DNA of 63,497 bases, filler included, from Choristocarpus tenellus KU-1152 (GCA_964200185.2; 12 parts of 12 records of this genome joined end to end with filler, not necessarily neighbours in it), one strand, 5' to 3'. Counted from the first letter of the whole stretch, positions 24,257 to 41,629 are shown. Program-made: numbers and translations. Notes: a model not told the origin generated them from the sequence alone.

Positions 24257-26882
24257 CTCTTCCTCGGAAAGTCTTGTGAACCGTAAAATGGCACAACGAC
24301 TCTGTATTGGCTCAATAATCTTTGTTGACACATTGCAGGCCAAGGCGAACCGGGTCGTGTGAGAGTATATCTCCATCGTTCTGGGCGGTGATGATGGTGG
24401 GAAGGAGGAGGTTGGGAGGGGGGGCGGGTGATGTTGATCGTTTGCCAGTACCCAGAGTGCATCTAATTTATCTATGAATCGTGGACAAAATGTGTATGAA
24501 TATTATGGTTGTTCCAAGATTTTTGTGCAATCAGTTACCCTATCACACCAGACGTAGAACCGAAACTATTTTAAAGTCCCTTCATTATTCTGGGCAGTTA
24601 GCATGGATGGGGTCTGGGCCAGGGCCGCCGGTCTGGTCTATGGGGTGAACATTTTGAAAAAGCTGATGACCACTGACCGACCATGTCATAAACGTTTTGT
24701 CCATGGCCAGGGATTTATCAGAACAATTTACCTTTCTCTGTATATTCTTGCATATTTCCGTATCGTGAAATTATGTACCATAAAAAAATAAAAAAATAAA
24801 TATATATATACACTTGGATGTTTTAAACATGGTGTGCTTGCTGCAAGCTTTTGAAGGTTTAGTATACTGTAGAAAAACACAAGAGATCTTATCAGAGTAC
24901 GATAAGCATAGATCAATAGTAATGACAGAAATATATATATATACATATATATTTAAATTCAGAGATCAGCGCTAGTATTCCGTGTTAAAAATTCGATTTT
25001 AAAATAAGGATGTTATTGTGCACTGTGCAAAATAAGAAAAATATGTACCTCGTGATATATAAAAAAAATATGTAGTGCATGTGTAGAGAGATGTTTAGAG
25101 GCCGCACGCCACACCATCAACTGAGACATAATCCAGAGGGCAACAAACACATGTATCATTAATGATTAAGGTGCAATGAGCAGCGGTAGTGATGGCGGTA
25201 GGGGTTGCTGCAGTGAGGACAGAGGGGGAAGCGACAGAGGGGGGGAGCCAGGCCAGGTGAATCACCAGGGAGATTATAACATGACAAGGATTCACTGTGC
25301 ACCAAGGTTCAACTGGGACAGAGTACTTCATCATTCCACACAACGTATGGCCTCCGGCTGAGACTTAAGTCTAGGAAAATCTTATTTGGAACTCAAAACA
25401 CAGAGTCCAATGGCAATGATATGGAGGTACAACTCTTGTGTTCACTCTCACAGCTTGAAGCAGAACAAGAAGCAGAACAGCCACCACAACCAACCATATG
25501 ACAGCAATCACTGGAAATCACAGATGACTTCATATTTTCAATGTCTGCATCCATTTTATGTCCGAACCAGACAGGTCCATCAAACCTGGCCCTGCCTGAA
25601 AGTAGACTGGTCCAGTCTGTGGGCTGCATAGGTTCCACTACTTCATGGACCTGGTCCAGAAATGTTTGGAAATATTGAACATGCCTGGCCCATGGACTGG
25701 ACAGGTTTCACCACTTAGCAGACACGTTCCATACATGAAAGGGGAAGTTCAAAACCTTTCTGGTCTGCAGACTGGAAAGACAGGTTCCAACACTTGATGG
25801 ACCCGATTTGGACATGTCAGCAAATGTTGGAACAAGTCCAGCTCATGGATCAGTCCCTTTGCATTTTCCTGGACTGATGAACGACCCCGATTCTTTTTCT
25901 ACTTACACGACTGTCCTTTTAGTAGTATCAACTGAAAAGGCTGCTTGGAAGCTGTCATTAGCTTAACCCCCCCCCCAGTCACCCATGCCCATGTTCCGCC
26001 TCCAAGGGTGAGATGCCATAATCAGGCATACAGCTGAGCAATCCAACATGCAAGGAGGTGGAATCCCAGCAAATGTTAATCCTCTGTAACACAGAGTGCC
26101 TGGAGGAGACTTTAGCATGTACTCTGCAGTATTGCAGTTTGATGATCATCACAGGGTTGGTTGGTCCATGAATCTGATTGACTCCAGCTCAAGGACGTGT
26201 TGGTCCTGTGGACCTCAATTCTATTTATCTTGTTCCACCTGACCCCAAACCTAGCTGTGGGCCCCTGGTCCCCACTCCATACCATACACCTCCAGCCAGT
26301 GATTTCTAAGAAGTTCTTCAGTTTGGAAGTAAACCACTACACCTGTGGAGTACGCCTGCCAAAGTATGACCAAGACTGAAATCCCAAGTGGTTCTTCACT
26401 CCAATAAAAAAAAGTTAATTATTTACAGCTCATGTGCTGATACTTTAGTACTACAATACAGACCCAATGCATGCAAGGTTTCTTTGAGATGTGGTGTTGC
26501 TATTATTATCATCAATATTGTTGTACAAGGTATTCAAACATAGGGTCATGATATCATGATGGGGTTGTCTTTCCGCCCTAATCAATCCATTGGCAAGCAC
26601 AACGCCTTCCATACACTCACACTATTTTTTTCTTTTTTCCTATTACTTGAGGGAAGGCAAGTTGAGACCAGCACACGCACACACACACACACACACACAA
26701 TATCCCATCACCACACACACTCTCAAAAAGGGGGAGGGGTGGAAGGGACGTTGAGGGGGTGGGGGAACGGCAGAAGGTTGATCACACTCATCCCACCTTC
26801 GGAGGGCCTGCTGTGCTGCAGCAGTCATGGAATCTGCCTCGTCCAGTATGATAATCTTATGTTGCCCAGGAGGAAGAGTAAC
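24257..26882 (-). CDS. RFC2: replication factor C 40-kDa subunit (human RFC2 / yeast Rfc4), two internal exons
   Basis: Exon 26882-26797 [29 protein letters not shown] (Walker B) splices in phase 2 to exon 24380-24257 [41 protein letters not shown] (SRC motif). Confidence 0.93.
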
Positions 26883-27065
26883 CTGATTGGACGTGTGCGT
26901 TAAAAAAAAATAACTTCACTAGGGGGTGGGGATGGGGGGTATTGGGATGGNNNNNNNNNNNNNNNNNNNNNNNNNNNNNNNNNNNNNNNNNNNNTTAATT
27001 AATTAANNNNNNNNNNNNNNNNNNNNNNNNNNNNNNNNNNNNNNNNNNNNACCCATTTACCGCAG

Positions 27066-27848
27066 GTGGATTGCATTCTTGCTCAGTGGACACAGATAAA
27101 TGAAGGGGTGTTGCTTACACCTCGCGGACCTGGTGGCGAGGTCATGGAGACGGTGTGTATGTTCAATTTTGCACGTCAATAAATTAAAGTAATACTAGTA
27201 GCTAATCATGGTAGTGCATTGGAAAACATGTCTAAGCGTCATATCTAGGTAGCTTTTAATGCTACTGAAGCACAAACTGTACTTTTGTTTCAAGGCTGGA
27301 TCATAAATCTGTCAACTCCTCAGGGATTAATTTGACCACAAAGACTCAACTTCCGATTTTGATATCATACCCTCCAAAAATATGCCGTTTTTCATTTTGA
27401 TTCCAGGCCTCACTTTGATTTTATTTAGTGGGAAATGCTCACCCATTGACACCTTGTACAGTGTAGTTCTCACATATTTTGAAGCATAGTGCAGTTCACA
27501 CTTGATGCAGAGGCACCTCAAAAATATGGATGACCATGTGCACACTCCAACTAGTCTTCCGCCCTCATACCTTCCTCTTCCCTTTGCATTATCTCCTTGT
27601 TGATGGTTGCACCCCCTACCTCCCTTATTCCCTTTGACTTTCTGTATCTGCAGAACCATGACTCATCAGGTGCTACGCATTCTGCAACCCCCCCCCCTCC
27701 ACCCCCAACCCCTCTTGCTGGGCATCGGAGAGGGTTCGCTTCATCGGGTGCCCCCATAAAGAAAGGGTTGGGGGCACGCAAAGTGAGGCCACAGGGGAAA
27801 GTGCATTCAAAACTCATCACCAAAAGTAAACAAACCATCAAAAGTTGA
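27066..27848 (+). CDS. last two exons of an unidentified protein gene
   Basis: Exon 27066-27152 VDCILAQWTQINEGVLLTPRGPGGEVMET (CAG acceptor, GT donor, phase 0), then exon 27654-27848 with a Pro/Lys-rich tail ending TGA. Confidence 0.55.
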
Positions 27849-28821
27849 CAGTAATCGCCCAAACCATTCTTCACATCCACCCACTGGGTATCATATGGAC
27901 TTACCGAGGTTGTGTCCTGTGCTGCTTCCAAGAAGAGTAGTCCACCCGCTTGTGGGGACTTCATAAACTCATTTTTGACCCAGTGACTTGGTATGTTCAT
28001 GATTCTCTTCGTTAGTTGTTTCCTGTATGTAGCGTGATTTGGAAAGGCTTGAGTAGTATCACTTCCTTTTCTATGAAAGGAATCGGACATGGGCAGAAAA
28101 CAGTATGTAGTACTTTGTAAATTATTAGTGTGAAGGTGTCTTGTTGGGGCCTAGTGACCCTAACTCAATCCATGAATTGAAATGTAAATCGCCAAGAGAG
28201 ATGATGCCTTACAGAAAAATTCATGTACTCCTGGTAGTTCCTTGCTATGCTTTATCACCATAGAGTGCATTAAAACATGTAGTTGAACAAAGTAGATCCC
28301 AACAACCTTGTAAATGAATACGTTTGTCCAATGAAATACAAATTTTCCAACCTCATTACAGCTTTGTACATATTATAGCAGAAAAATACTTGTGAAGAGT
28401 GAATCAGAGGGGATCGAGGCTAAGATCTTGAATCATGCGATGAATTCAGTTTCTGCAGACAACAAAAGGTTTGGACAATTGCACACAGCAAGAAACAAGA
28501 TTAGACTGAAGCAAACTACTCTATTTAGCACTTCATTATTCATGCGCATGATGAGTCATGCCGAACTACACTACTGCATGATATATTTCCCAAGCAGTGA
28601 GGTGCCAAATCACAGCAACCCCTATTGGCAACAATGTGGCAGAGCGCAAGTATGCTCTTGTTGTAGGGGAATGTAATCAGCTCATTGATAACATGAGGAC
28701 AGGTATCCATTATAAACCAGTCTATGACAATGACTTACTAGGTAGAAGGCACCACTGTCAAGAAGACAGTGATATGTACAATGTGTAGATTCTGCTGTTG
28801 TATCAATAGAGGAAATAATCA

Positions 28822-29020
28822 AGAGGTCACGGGTTCAATCCTCAGTGTGGCATACGTTTCTCAACTCCCTTCATTGGGAGGAAAAATGTAGGGCGAGATT
28901 TGTACGTAAGATGGGGCTAAAAGAGAAACGGATAGATTGACATGACCCCTTTGGGGGAGTGTGCGCGGATGGTGGCGTGATGTCCCATGGATTAAGTCGG
29001 GTGGCACCCGCCTGACCTCT
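28822..29020 (+). mobile_element. possible tRNA-derived SINE fragment
   Basis: GAGGTCACGGGTTCAATCCTC resembles a tRNA T-arm/B-box. No A-box or cloverleaf is recoverable. Confidence 0.3.
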
Positions 29021-30330
29021 GCTTTTGTCAAATATTGATACATCCCTGTAGTACCACTGGGGCAACTCTGTATTTGAAATGATAAAAAAGCAATAAATAC
29101 CAGCTGCCTGTTATACGATCTTGTGGTTGAGGAAGTCTAAGGGTAAGTGTTGAAAGGAATGCTGAGTAAACGGGAAATACTTTAGGATAGAACAGAGGAG
29201 GCACAGAGTGTGATTCAGCTAGTTGTGGGCAACCATGTGAGAGGAATGAATCTCCTGCTGGCCAAGGGCACAATGATAGGGACAACACAGTACATAGCCA
29301 AAACCGCAAATTGTTGCTTCGCCAATTCTGTGGTGGCATTAAGTAGAGCAAACTGAGTGTTGACATGTGCAGTAGGTGTACAATAGTACCTAATGGTAGA
29401 GTCCTGCATCACACCATCAACAGTAAGACTCTTAGGTTATCGATACTGGACAAGTAATGAAAAGAAGGTGACAGCTTGGGGAAAAGAGCACACTGCATAT
29501 GGAGGCACAGTGATGGTGTCAAGGATGAGCCAAATATGCTTACACTGCCTGTGCACACGGTCCATGAGTTAAGGCAAAGTATGATGTACAGGAGTTTTCA
29601 GGGAGAGCACTGGCAGTATAGACAACAAAGAGGTCAGGCAGTGAGGAAGAAGAGGGCAAGTGTTTGCATAGCATAAGAGAGAACGAGTAAGAGTGAAAGA
29701 CACACAAGTCATTGTGAAGCAGCAAGATAGGGCCGGCAAGAAAGAACATTCCACAGGTGTGACAAAAAATGAGGCTTTAGAGAGGAGGAAAAGAAGGGTG
29801 TCACACACATATACATGCAGAGTAGGAGACACACACAAAAAGGTCAGATGAAAGAATATAGCAACAACTGTATATGAATCAGGTACAGAGCTATGCATCA
29901 ACATCGGCGCCCCAGGGTGGATGAGCCCCAATCTTAAGACCTCCAGCATGGACCCGGGGCATTGGGGCCTCTGCAAAATATGGAAGGAGTACAGTACTGT
30001 ACAGATATCAAGTGACACCTAAATCAGAACAAGAACTTCACAGGGTCGTAATTAGTGGTGAAGCTTCAACTTCTATTGTCTCTTGAGGTGGCACTTCATA
30101 GGTCTTACATCTTTCTACAAATGCGATAAGTGAGATAGGGACCTTTCTAACCACCTCTAAGTACCACTGAAATATTTCGAAGTCCTCAGATCTAACGGAA
30201 TGAAGGAGCACATTGGATGTAAAATCTAACTGTGATCGGTCCAACCTCAAACGGCAGTGACCTCATCAATGTGGTGGTGGGAGACAACATGTTACATTCG
30301 TAATCCTTGCATCATCCGAGAGAGAGATTG

Positions 30331-31258
30331 TTATGTATTGCATTGGGAGTGCATCTCATCGTCAATTACTGCAGCGAACGCCTCTGGCCTTGGAGTAGGG
30401 TATGGTTGCAACCTGCTCTCGTCCAGGTACGACAACGTTGTGGCCAATCCCTCAGGGCTAGTGGCCAAGAGGTAGTTCCTCTCTGCCATGGCATTGGCCA
30501 ATTCCTCCTGATGGTTATTCATGAGTCTGTCGTTCACAACTGCCACCAGCGCTTTGCCTTTTCCTGGCAAAGAAACGGAGAGAAATTTATCACGGAATGG
30601 GTAAGGTTAGGGACAAAAAACAGATTCCTGAAAGCTCTTCTATCAGCAAGTTGGTACAAGGGCAGTAATGCCAATGGTGGTTGGGACTTCTTAATACAAT
30701 CATCCGCTCCAATATCCGGTGAACCTATGCTAATGTTAGCCCAGTCAGCAAAGATCTGGCCGAACGAGCCCGTGTAGACTGATACCCTCACCTAGGGCCT
30801 CCATGATCGAACCTGCTCCAGCATGGCTCACTACAAGGTCCGCTCGCTCCATATCCTCCAACAAAGTCGGTTTGAAGCGGAAGTACTCGCAACAAAGTTT
30901 TGTCTGATCACAGATTATAGGCCGTAGGCTGCAGGTCACCATGGCATGAGGAAGGAAGTGGCTTGGGGGTCGCATTGACCCATCTCGACGGGCCCAAAGT
31001 GTAAAGGTTTGAATGGGGTTCTGTGAATAGAGGTGGTCCATAGAGTGACAAGATTGCTTTTTGTCTGCACCTTCATTCAACAAGATAAAAACATACATGG
31101 GTGTTGAAGACTGGTTTGTAGTCCCCATGTCCAATTTGTGCGACTACGCTGGTGAAGCCCCTGTTGGCAAGGCATAGGAGAACTTCAGGATCATCTATAG
31201 CCCGGATCAGATCATCGAACTTGGTGGTGCCCACTGTAACAAATGCATACTTGCCCAT
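30331..31258 (-). CDS. ALG13: UDP-N-acetylglucosamine transferase catalytic subunit ALG13, complete, 3 exons
   Basis: Exons 31258-31097, 30903-30792, 30563-30331. Motifs FVTVGTTKFDDL, QIGHG, ADLVVSHAGAGSIMEAL, VVNDRLMNNHQEELA. Confidence 0.95.
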
Positions 31259-31473
31259 CCTAACCTTCCTCTCGCTTTTCATGCACTTGCAAGTAGAAAT
31301 CCATCTGACTTCTACAATAACTGTTGCATTTCCATGTTGTGGTCTTGTATCCTTTAGAGAAGTTTGTGTGTTGTACTCGTTTACTATTGGATTACTCCAT
31401 TTTTTAGGGTTAGGGCATGTGATAGTCAACAGACCCCTTGCTCTCAAACTGAAAGCACCAACACTAAAGGTAA

Positions 31474-34966
<3,493 letters not shown>

Positions 34967-36756
34967 GTGAGTGCCGCCTCATCTTTCTCACTTGTCTCAC
35001 CTGTCACTGCATTGTAAGACTAACAAACACCACTGCCTTTTGCAAACATTATCTTCTTCTATCCCAGCAGGGTCCTAAGCAGTTCGTATCGGGTTACATC
35101 ATTGATCGTTACCCTCCAGCCCTTCATACGATACGGGCATCTCTATTCCATCACTCGATTGGCACAGAATACATCNNNNNNNNNNNNNNNNNNNNNNNNN
35201 NNNNNNNNNNNNNNNNNNNTTAATTAATTAANNNNNNNNNNNNNNNNNNNNNNNNNNNNNNNNNNNNNNNNNNNNGTGTGTGGTGGGGTGTGGGTTGGTC
35301 TTGGGGTGGGTGGTTGTCGGGCAAAGCATCAATAACATGAAATGAAGAGCACTCATTCCCGAGCTTTCTTGAATGTCTAAAAGGATAGCGATGAATTTTT
35401 CAACGCCTGAACATTGAAAAATCAGCACTTGACAACAGGGTACACACCAACACACAGGGGGCTCGTGTCAAAATGCCGAACGAGGTTGAATGGCGGTGAA
35501 GTTGAGGAGGGCACCGATCAATTTCTTTTCATGGAGACTCCCACGCGGAGTCAAACTGCAGAGTGGGCATCGTACACCAAGTTAGTTACAATATAAGCGC
35601 AGAGTGCTTTCTGCAATCGACCCATTGAGGGCTTGCACTTGAACACAGCGCCTTTTTCTTGTTTCGGAAGAGCATTCTTCAAAGAAAAGAAAAGAAAGTG
35701 ATAAGGCCCTTCTTTTTCACGCCTGCATGTTACACAATTTCTTGCTCAGGTTAGTAACAGTCACCAACTCAGTTAGGGCATGGAAATTGAAAAGATGCTA
35801 CGACAGCCAGGGACAGAAACAGCTGCAGGGATATTTTCCACAAATCAAGCTTCTTAGATATCACAGCAATACACCTTACGGTGTATTGCAGCTGGGTAGA
35901 GACACATTGTAGCATGGCGTAACATCAGAAGCCTTCAAACAACATAGCTGATTGTAGTAGAAAAAAAAAGAAGAATAACCTCTTGTGGCCCTCTGCAGCC
36001 AGGAGGGACATGTGAGATTGAGAAGGCATGGCATGTATGGCATGGACATTTCTGGGTGGTGCCCCAGTGAATACGTGACCTGGCTCATTCCAAACATTCT
36101 CAAAGCTCCCTCCACTGGTCAAAATGTGGGGTCTCCTTCTGTAAGTGTAGCATCAAATTCAGGTATCAAATATTTCAAGCCACAAGGAAAAGATGGTGCT
36201 TCAAAAAATTCCAACAGAAGACGGACTTTGGGAATGGGATGTTCTATGGGGCACTTGCCTTTGCATGAGATGCAACAGCACAAGCAATACCTTGGTTACA
36301 ATTGTCACCAAGGCAAAGGAGAGGCAAATCATAAACTCACATCAGCAGCGGGGAGCATTCTACTTCCGAAAATCCTTGGCAACTTTCAATGAAAAAAAAC
36401 AACGCAGAGCTACCACTGTACGCAGTTTTCAAAAGCACAGCATCATCAGGACAAGAATTGCAAAAGGATTCAAAGTGGCAGTACATTAGTCTCCTATTGT
36501 CCACACAACAAAGGAAATGCTTTCCCACTCAGAAAAGTACAAGGACTCACAAGTAAATGGTCTTCGCATACAAGCATACAGTAGACAAAGTACGTAGAAG
36601 GAAGGAGAGGAGGGGAGGGCAAGGGAGCAAGAGGGACTTCAATTTGTATTTGAAATGAGAAATCATGGGAAAGATATGAGGACCAGGGCATTGAAACAAG
36701 CAGGGGGAGCTGAACAATACAAATCCACCTTGAACATAAGCCCTAAAGAAACTCAC

Positions 36757-38286
36757 AGTCCATATCAACATCTGGGAAGGGGTTGAGCTGGACAAGTCCA
36801 GCAGGTGTGAAAACAGTTCCATCCCGACCCATTGTCGGCATTGACTTCTTTTGCATCACACTGTCCCCTGATGCTGTGTCACCCGACTTTCGCCCAGCTA
36901 CTTCAGCCATAACCTCATCCAGTTCTCCCCCTTCATCTGATAAGTCATCCCAATCCTTGTCATCGCTTGAAGACCCTGACGATCCACTTGATGGTGGAGC
37001 AGGTGTGCCCCAGGTGTCACCAGCCTCTCCCTGATTTGACATAGCCAGTGCCTGCACTGACTGCCAACTTGCCGATTTATGCTGGCACATCTTCATATTT
37101 GAAGGTAGAAAGATTATGGAGCCGGGGGGGAAGAAATCTCTAAGTGGGATGTTTGCAATACGAGTTACCACGAACACCATGTGAGAAATGTGAAGGTAGG
37201 AGGAGCTCTGGTGAATGCCTGGTTGGCGCGGATTGTGAAAGGGTGCCAAAGCACCTCATATTGACCTCCACCCACGCAACGTCTTGAAACAATTGAAGTC
37301 ACATCTTGTGCGTATTTCTGGAGCAAGACAACTGAGGAATCTGGTAGCTTTCACGTCATACGTGAATATGATATAACTGGTCACTACAAGGGTGCACCAC
37401 TAACTGTCTCATTTGGGGAATATCCAACCATATGTGCAAACGTAGGGCCAAGGAGATGGATAAGGCCTGCGGAACACCTGCAGTGTACAGGGTAGAGATG
37501 CAGCTTCCAACTGCAATACTCAAGGCAAAATAATACCGTAATTGCAATACTGAGAGGTGCGCGCTGGCGGATAGGTCGTATTAGAGCAGACAAACAGACG
37601 TTCTTCTCCGAGCATCGTCATAGTTGAGATTTGTCATGCTATGTTTCAAAGCGGCGACGGTTTGGTTCTCAATGCCAGGAAACCCCCCTTCATCGCACCT
37701 TTCACAGAAGGGCACAAATGTTGGCAGTAAACTGCTTTATTACTTTGGGGTTATGTTGGAATATCTATCTAACAGGTAAACCGTACAAAAGCTCAGTTGT
37801 TCCCATGGACCTCAGGATGACAACATGTGTTCAATAGGTCAAAAAGCATTGTGTCCGTAAGTACTCGGAAACCAATCGGGTGCGATATGGCATAGAGACC
37901 AGGAAATGACTTTCCACCAAGGTCGCCACATCCCAACGCTCAGTCGCTATGCATCATGGTGGTATGTATGTTGGATTCTCAATATTGTCATTCAGGACAT
38001 CGATCGCTTCATGTTTTGTCCTGTTCATATATAATCTAGGATGATGTAATCATCGAAAGAGAGGGGGAAAACAAATACTCTCAATACAATCGAAACCCTA
38101 GATCAAATGCGTTCCAGCGAAATCTCGGGCATCCTTACATGAGATCGTTGCTATTAATCTCACCTCCTCAGCTGTTGTAGGGAATCTACCACAGAAGCTG
38201 ATGGGGGTCAGCACAAAGCCCGAAACTTGATTAATTGCAACCAACCCCGATCCTAGCACTGCAATCCCTGCTCCAACTCGCATCAT
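36757..38286 (-). CDS. probable plastid-targeted protein of unknown function, first two exons
   Basis: Exon 38286-38164 MMRVGAGIAVLGSGLVAINQVSG-FVLTP: a signal peptide with F at +1 (ASAFAP-like) plus transit peptide. It splices in phase 0 to exon 37081-36757 (HKSASWQSVQALAMS...acidic region...PFPDVDMD). Downstream exons not resolved. Confidence 0.62.
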
Positions 38287-38433
38287 GATGCAATATTCTT
38301 TGGTGCGAGTCGTGCACCTACTCCTCTATGTGTGTTACTTTGACTCAGCACCTCACTTGCACTATGACGATAAAAAAAATTATGTAACGTTTTGTAGTGG
38401 TTTGTGGTTCGTTGTTGAAGGCTTAGGTTTTCA

Positions 38434-41340
38434 ATGGAGAATTCGAGAATGACGGGGACTGAGATAATGTTAAGTCCTGAACCCAATATGACGACCACCT
38501 TAGGAAAAACGAGCTCAACCGCTGCTGCAGCCCTACGCAAACAGGACGAAGTGGATTTCGATAAAGTGCTTCGCCTGTTCACCCATGAGGATACTATTGG
38601 ATTGCACGACCGCCAGCTTTCTGTGCTTAGAAGAATTTGCAAGCTCAAACATCTTGGGTAAGAACTGTTGGCCAAGCTGTATCTTCTCTCTCCTAAGATA
38701 TGTCATCAATGGTAATGCTACACCAAACCCTGTCCTTGTGGTCCCTTTTTGAGCAGGGGGCATTGTTTCCTTGGGGAAGAGGATCAAATCGTTGAGCGTG
38801 AAGCTTGAAAAATACTTTTGGCCCACTCGCTCCCATTGCTTCCTCTAGCTTTCGCTACAGGGATCTGGGTTCAATCGAGCAACTTTTTCCACTCATTGAG
38901 GACAGGATCGATTCTATTAGTGGCCGAGCCGACGAATTTCGCATGGTCCTGCTCAGGATCATTAGCCTATGCTCGCTTCCTCCGTTGCCAGAGAGGGCGA
39001 ACGAGGGTATTACAGAGTGGGGCCTGGTCACAACAAGTTCACTTTTGCGTGCGCTGGGGGGGGCTCTATGGTCCTCCGATCAAGGTGTACAGATTGCTGC
39101 GGCAAATTCACTTAGGAGAATCGCCTCGGGGAACGTCCCTCCGAGTACCCAAACCCCGAACGATGAAGTCACTCCAAGGGAAGTAACACACTGTGACGAC
39201 TTGCGTCCATTGTCAAAAGACTTAAACCAGGCCCTCCTTCTCGAATGTGGTGTTGTTTCAGCTGCCGTTTCACGTCTAGATACCACCATGGATGCGCTGC
39301 TAAAGATTCTCCTTGAGGAGGAGGATAATTCCATGGAAAGGAGCATCGATGAGTCGGTAAATGGATCGAAAAGTCGTAACGAAGTGGATGACGAAATATT
39401 TATGGTGTCGGGGGCTACTAGTATTGGGATTGAAGAAGTAAAAACTGCAATCGGCGACGACAAAAGCAGAATCAATGATCTCAACATGAGTGTACGAGCT
39501 ACTACAGGCGTTGAACGGGGAGTACTAGGTGAAGTTCTGCTCTCTGTGCTCCAGCTAATTCGTGAGCTGTCCACAAGTGCAGCCTCTTCAGCAATCATGG
39601 TGCAAGGACGACTGATGACCTTGTTGGTCCGGGCATTCCATATGATTCGAGGGATCCGTGACCAATCCCTTGCTGTCGCCATCGAAATTATCTGGAATTG
39701 TCTGGAGCACAGTCAGACAGCCATAGAAAGTCATCCCCCAAGCACCTGCCGTACCCAGCTCATTATCAAGGCCCGCAAGAGAAATGCTGCATTTGCTCTT
39801 AGCGAATTTGACAGCATGGTGGCACTGAGGAAAGTCCTCAAAGCGCTTCTTGTAGGGGGTTTCAGGAAAAAAGACAAAGACCTACGGAACGAGGTGGTCA
39901 TTGTGGTTAGCCAGGTTGCCAAAAGCAGTCGTAGTCATTCCCTGTTTCGTACCACAGGGATACTTCGGCTTCTCCTACACTGCGCCACAGTTATTGAGAC
40001 TGGGTTGATCGAGAGTAATCCGAGTACAACAGAAGTGGAGTCAAAAACAGCAACACTCATAACATCTATGGGCAATCCAGAGGAAGATCAACAAGGAGGG
40101 CAGAAAGACAGTGAGCATGTTAAAGACCAGCAAAAGTCAAGACCCAGGGATGACCCACGGAACTTCGCCACCATAGCAGAGGTTGATCTTGAGTTCAAGA
40201 TCCTCCTCTGGTCTCTACTGGCAGACCTCACCTTGAGAGACGAGCAAAACCTTGTGGTTGTAGAGGGATCTGCACTCATGGAGACACTTCTTATGTACAT
40301 CGACCTTGTGGTAGAAGAAGGTCCTTCAGCAGACTTCCAAATTACCAGCATGAATCGTTCAGTGTCCCTGGCATCCATGACTCAATCATGGAGTGGTATG
40401 CATGGGCCCAGTGGGTGCAGTCTTGACGAAAAGGTTGGTCACCTCAGAACCCCTGATGACACATGTCAAACCCAGTTGATACGAATGGATACAAATAGCT
40501 CAGGCCCTTCCTGTCCTGTACCAGGAAATGCACAAGGGAGCTTTGTTACACGTGATAACACTTCTTTCTACAGTATAGGCTCTGGTCCCTGCTCTGGTCC
40601 TGGCTTTAGATATGGCCCTGACTTGCACTCTGACCTTGGAAAAAATACAAATGAACTGACTAAACAGAACGAATCAAGTGCTGCCCTGGAGAACGATGTG
40701 TCAACGAGAAGATCGAAAGAGAAGGAAATGGGCCTGGCAATCACTCAACTGTATGTACCAGCCATGGTGGAGCGCCTGCCCTTAACATCTCTGCAGGTTC
40801 TGCAAGCCCAAGCAATGGCGTCATTGCTCGTTCTCGCCCCAAGGTTGCCATACAAGTTCCAAGTCCTCGGAGGACATGTGGTGACACTCCGCCTACTTGA
40901 TCGCCTTGGATCCCGTCCAGAGAACCACGACCTTGTGACAGTTGCAACAAAGCTCTTGGTTACGGTGGTGGGTCTGCCAGGTCTCAGGGAGGAGCTGGGC
41001 AACATGGGGGGTGTACCTATTATGCTCAAACGGTTAGCGGAAAGTAGCCTGTCCTCAGATGAACTGCGTGCTGACACTATTATTATTTTGTGCCGCTTGT
41101 GTGAGGCATCCCCAGTGAACCAAGAAGCCTTTCGCCAGGCCGATGGCATCCCCACAGTGATGAGTGCAATCAAGGAATACTGTTGCAATAGGAGTTACAT
41201 TAAGCAGCAGGAGAAGAGCCAAACGAATCCTCTGAGCTCAGTCACTTCAATTGGGTCTGAGGGGGGGAGAGGCAGGACTGATACTGTTGAAGGATCATTT
41301 TCAGGACCGACCGCTGGACTGGAGTTGTCCCTTGGGGGGG
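38434..41340 (+). CDS. CFAP69: cilia- and flagella-associated protein 69 (ARM-like), truncated by contig end
   Basis: Exon 38434-38657 plus exon 38849->41340. DFDKVLRLF...HDRQLSVLRRI...GFRYRDL, KDKDLRNEVVIV, DLEFKILLW and LQAQAMASLLVLAPRL...FQVLGGH resemble CFAP69 blocks in the same order. Start codon uncertain. Confidence 0.8.
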
Positions 41341-41629
41341 NNNNNNNNNNNNNNNNNNNNNNNNNNNNNNNNNNNNNNNNNNNNTTAATTAATTAANNNN
41401 NNNNNNNNNNNNNNNNNNNNNNNNNNNNNNNNNNNNNNNNATTGGATTTTGGCCCCAAATGGACGCGGCCCTACCCTCTAAGATACTTTGACTCTTGGGC
41501 CTATCCAAGCTCGTTCTATAGAGATAGGTGCAGGTTCCGTCGTTATCCAGGGGTTGACAGTTGGGAGGAGAACTGATATTTATAACTATCACCCATCTAA
41601 ACACCCTCTCAAACCGTCCAATCAATGAC

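Noticed and set aside
28822-28845. tRNA gene
   Set aside because: Only a T-arm-like motif; no acceptor stem, D-arm or anticodon arm.
39080-41188. Long antisense ORFs (200, 96, 147 aa) opposite CFAP69
   Set aside because: These are shadow frames of a long coding exon with no independent signals.
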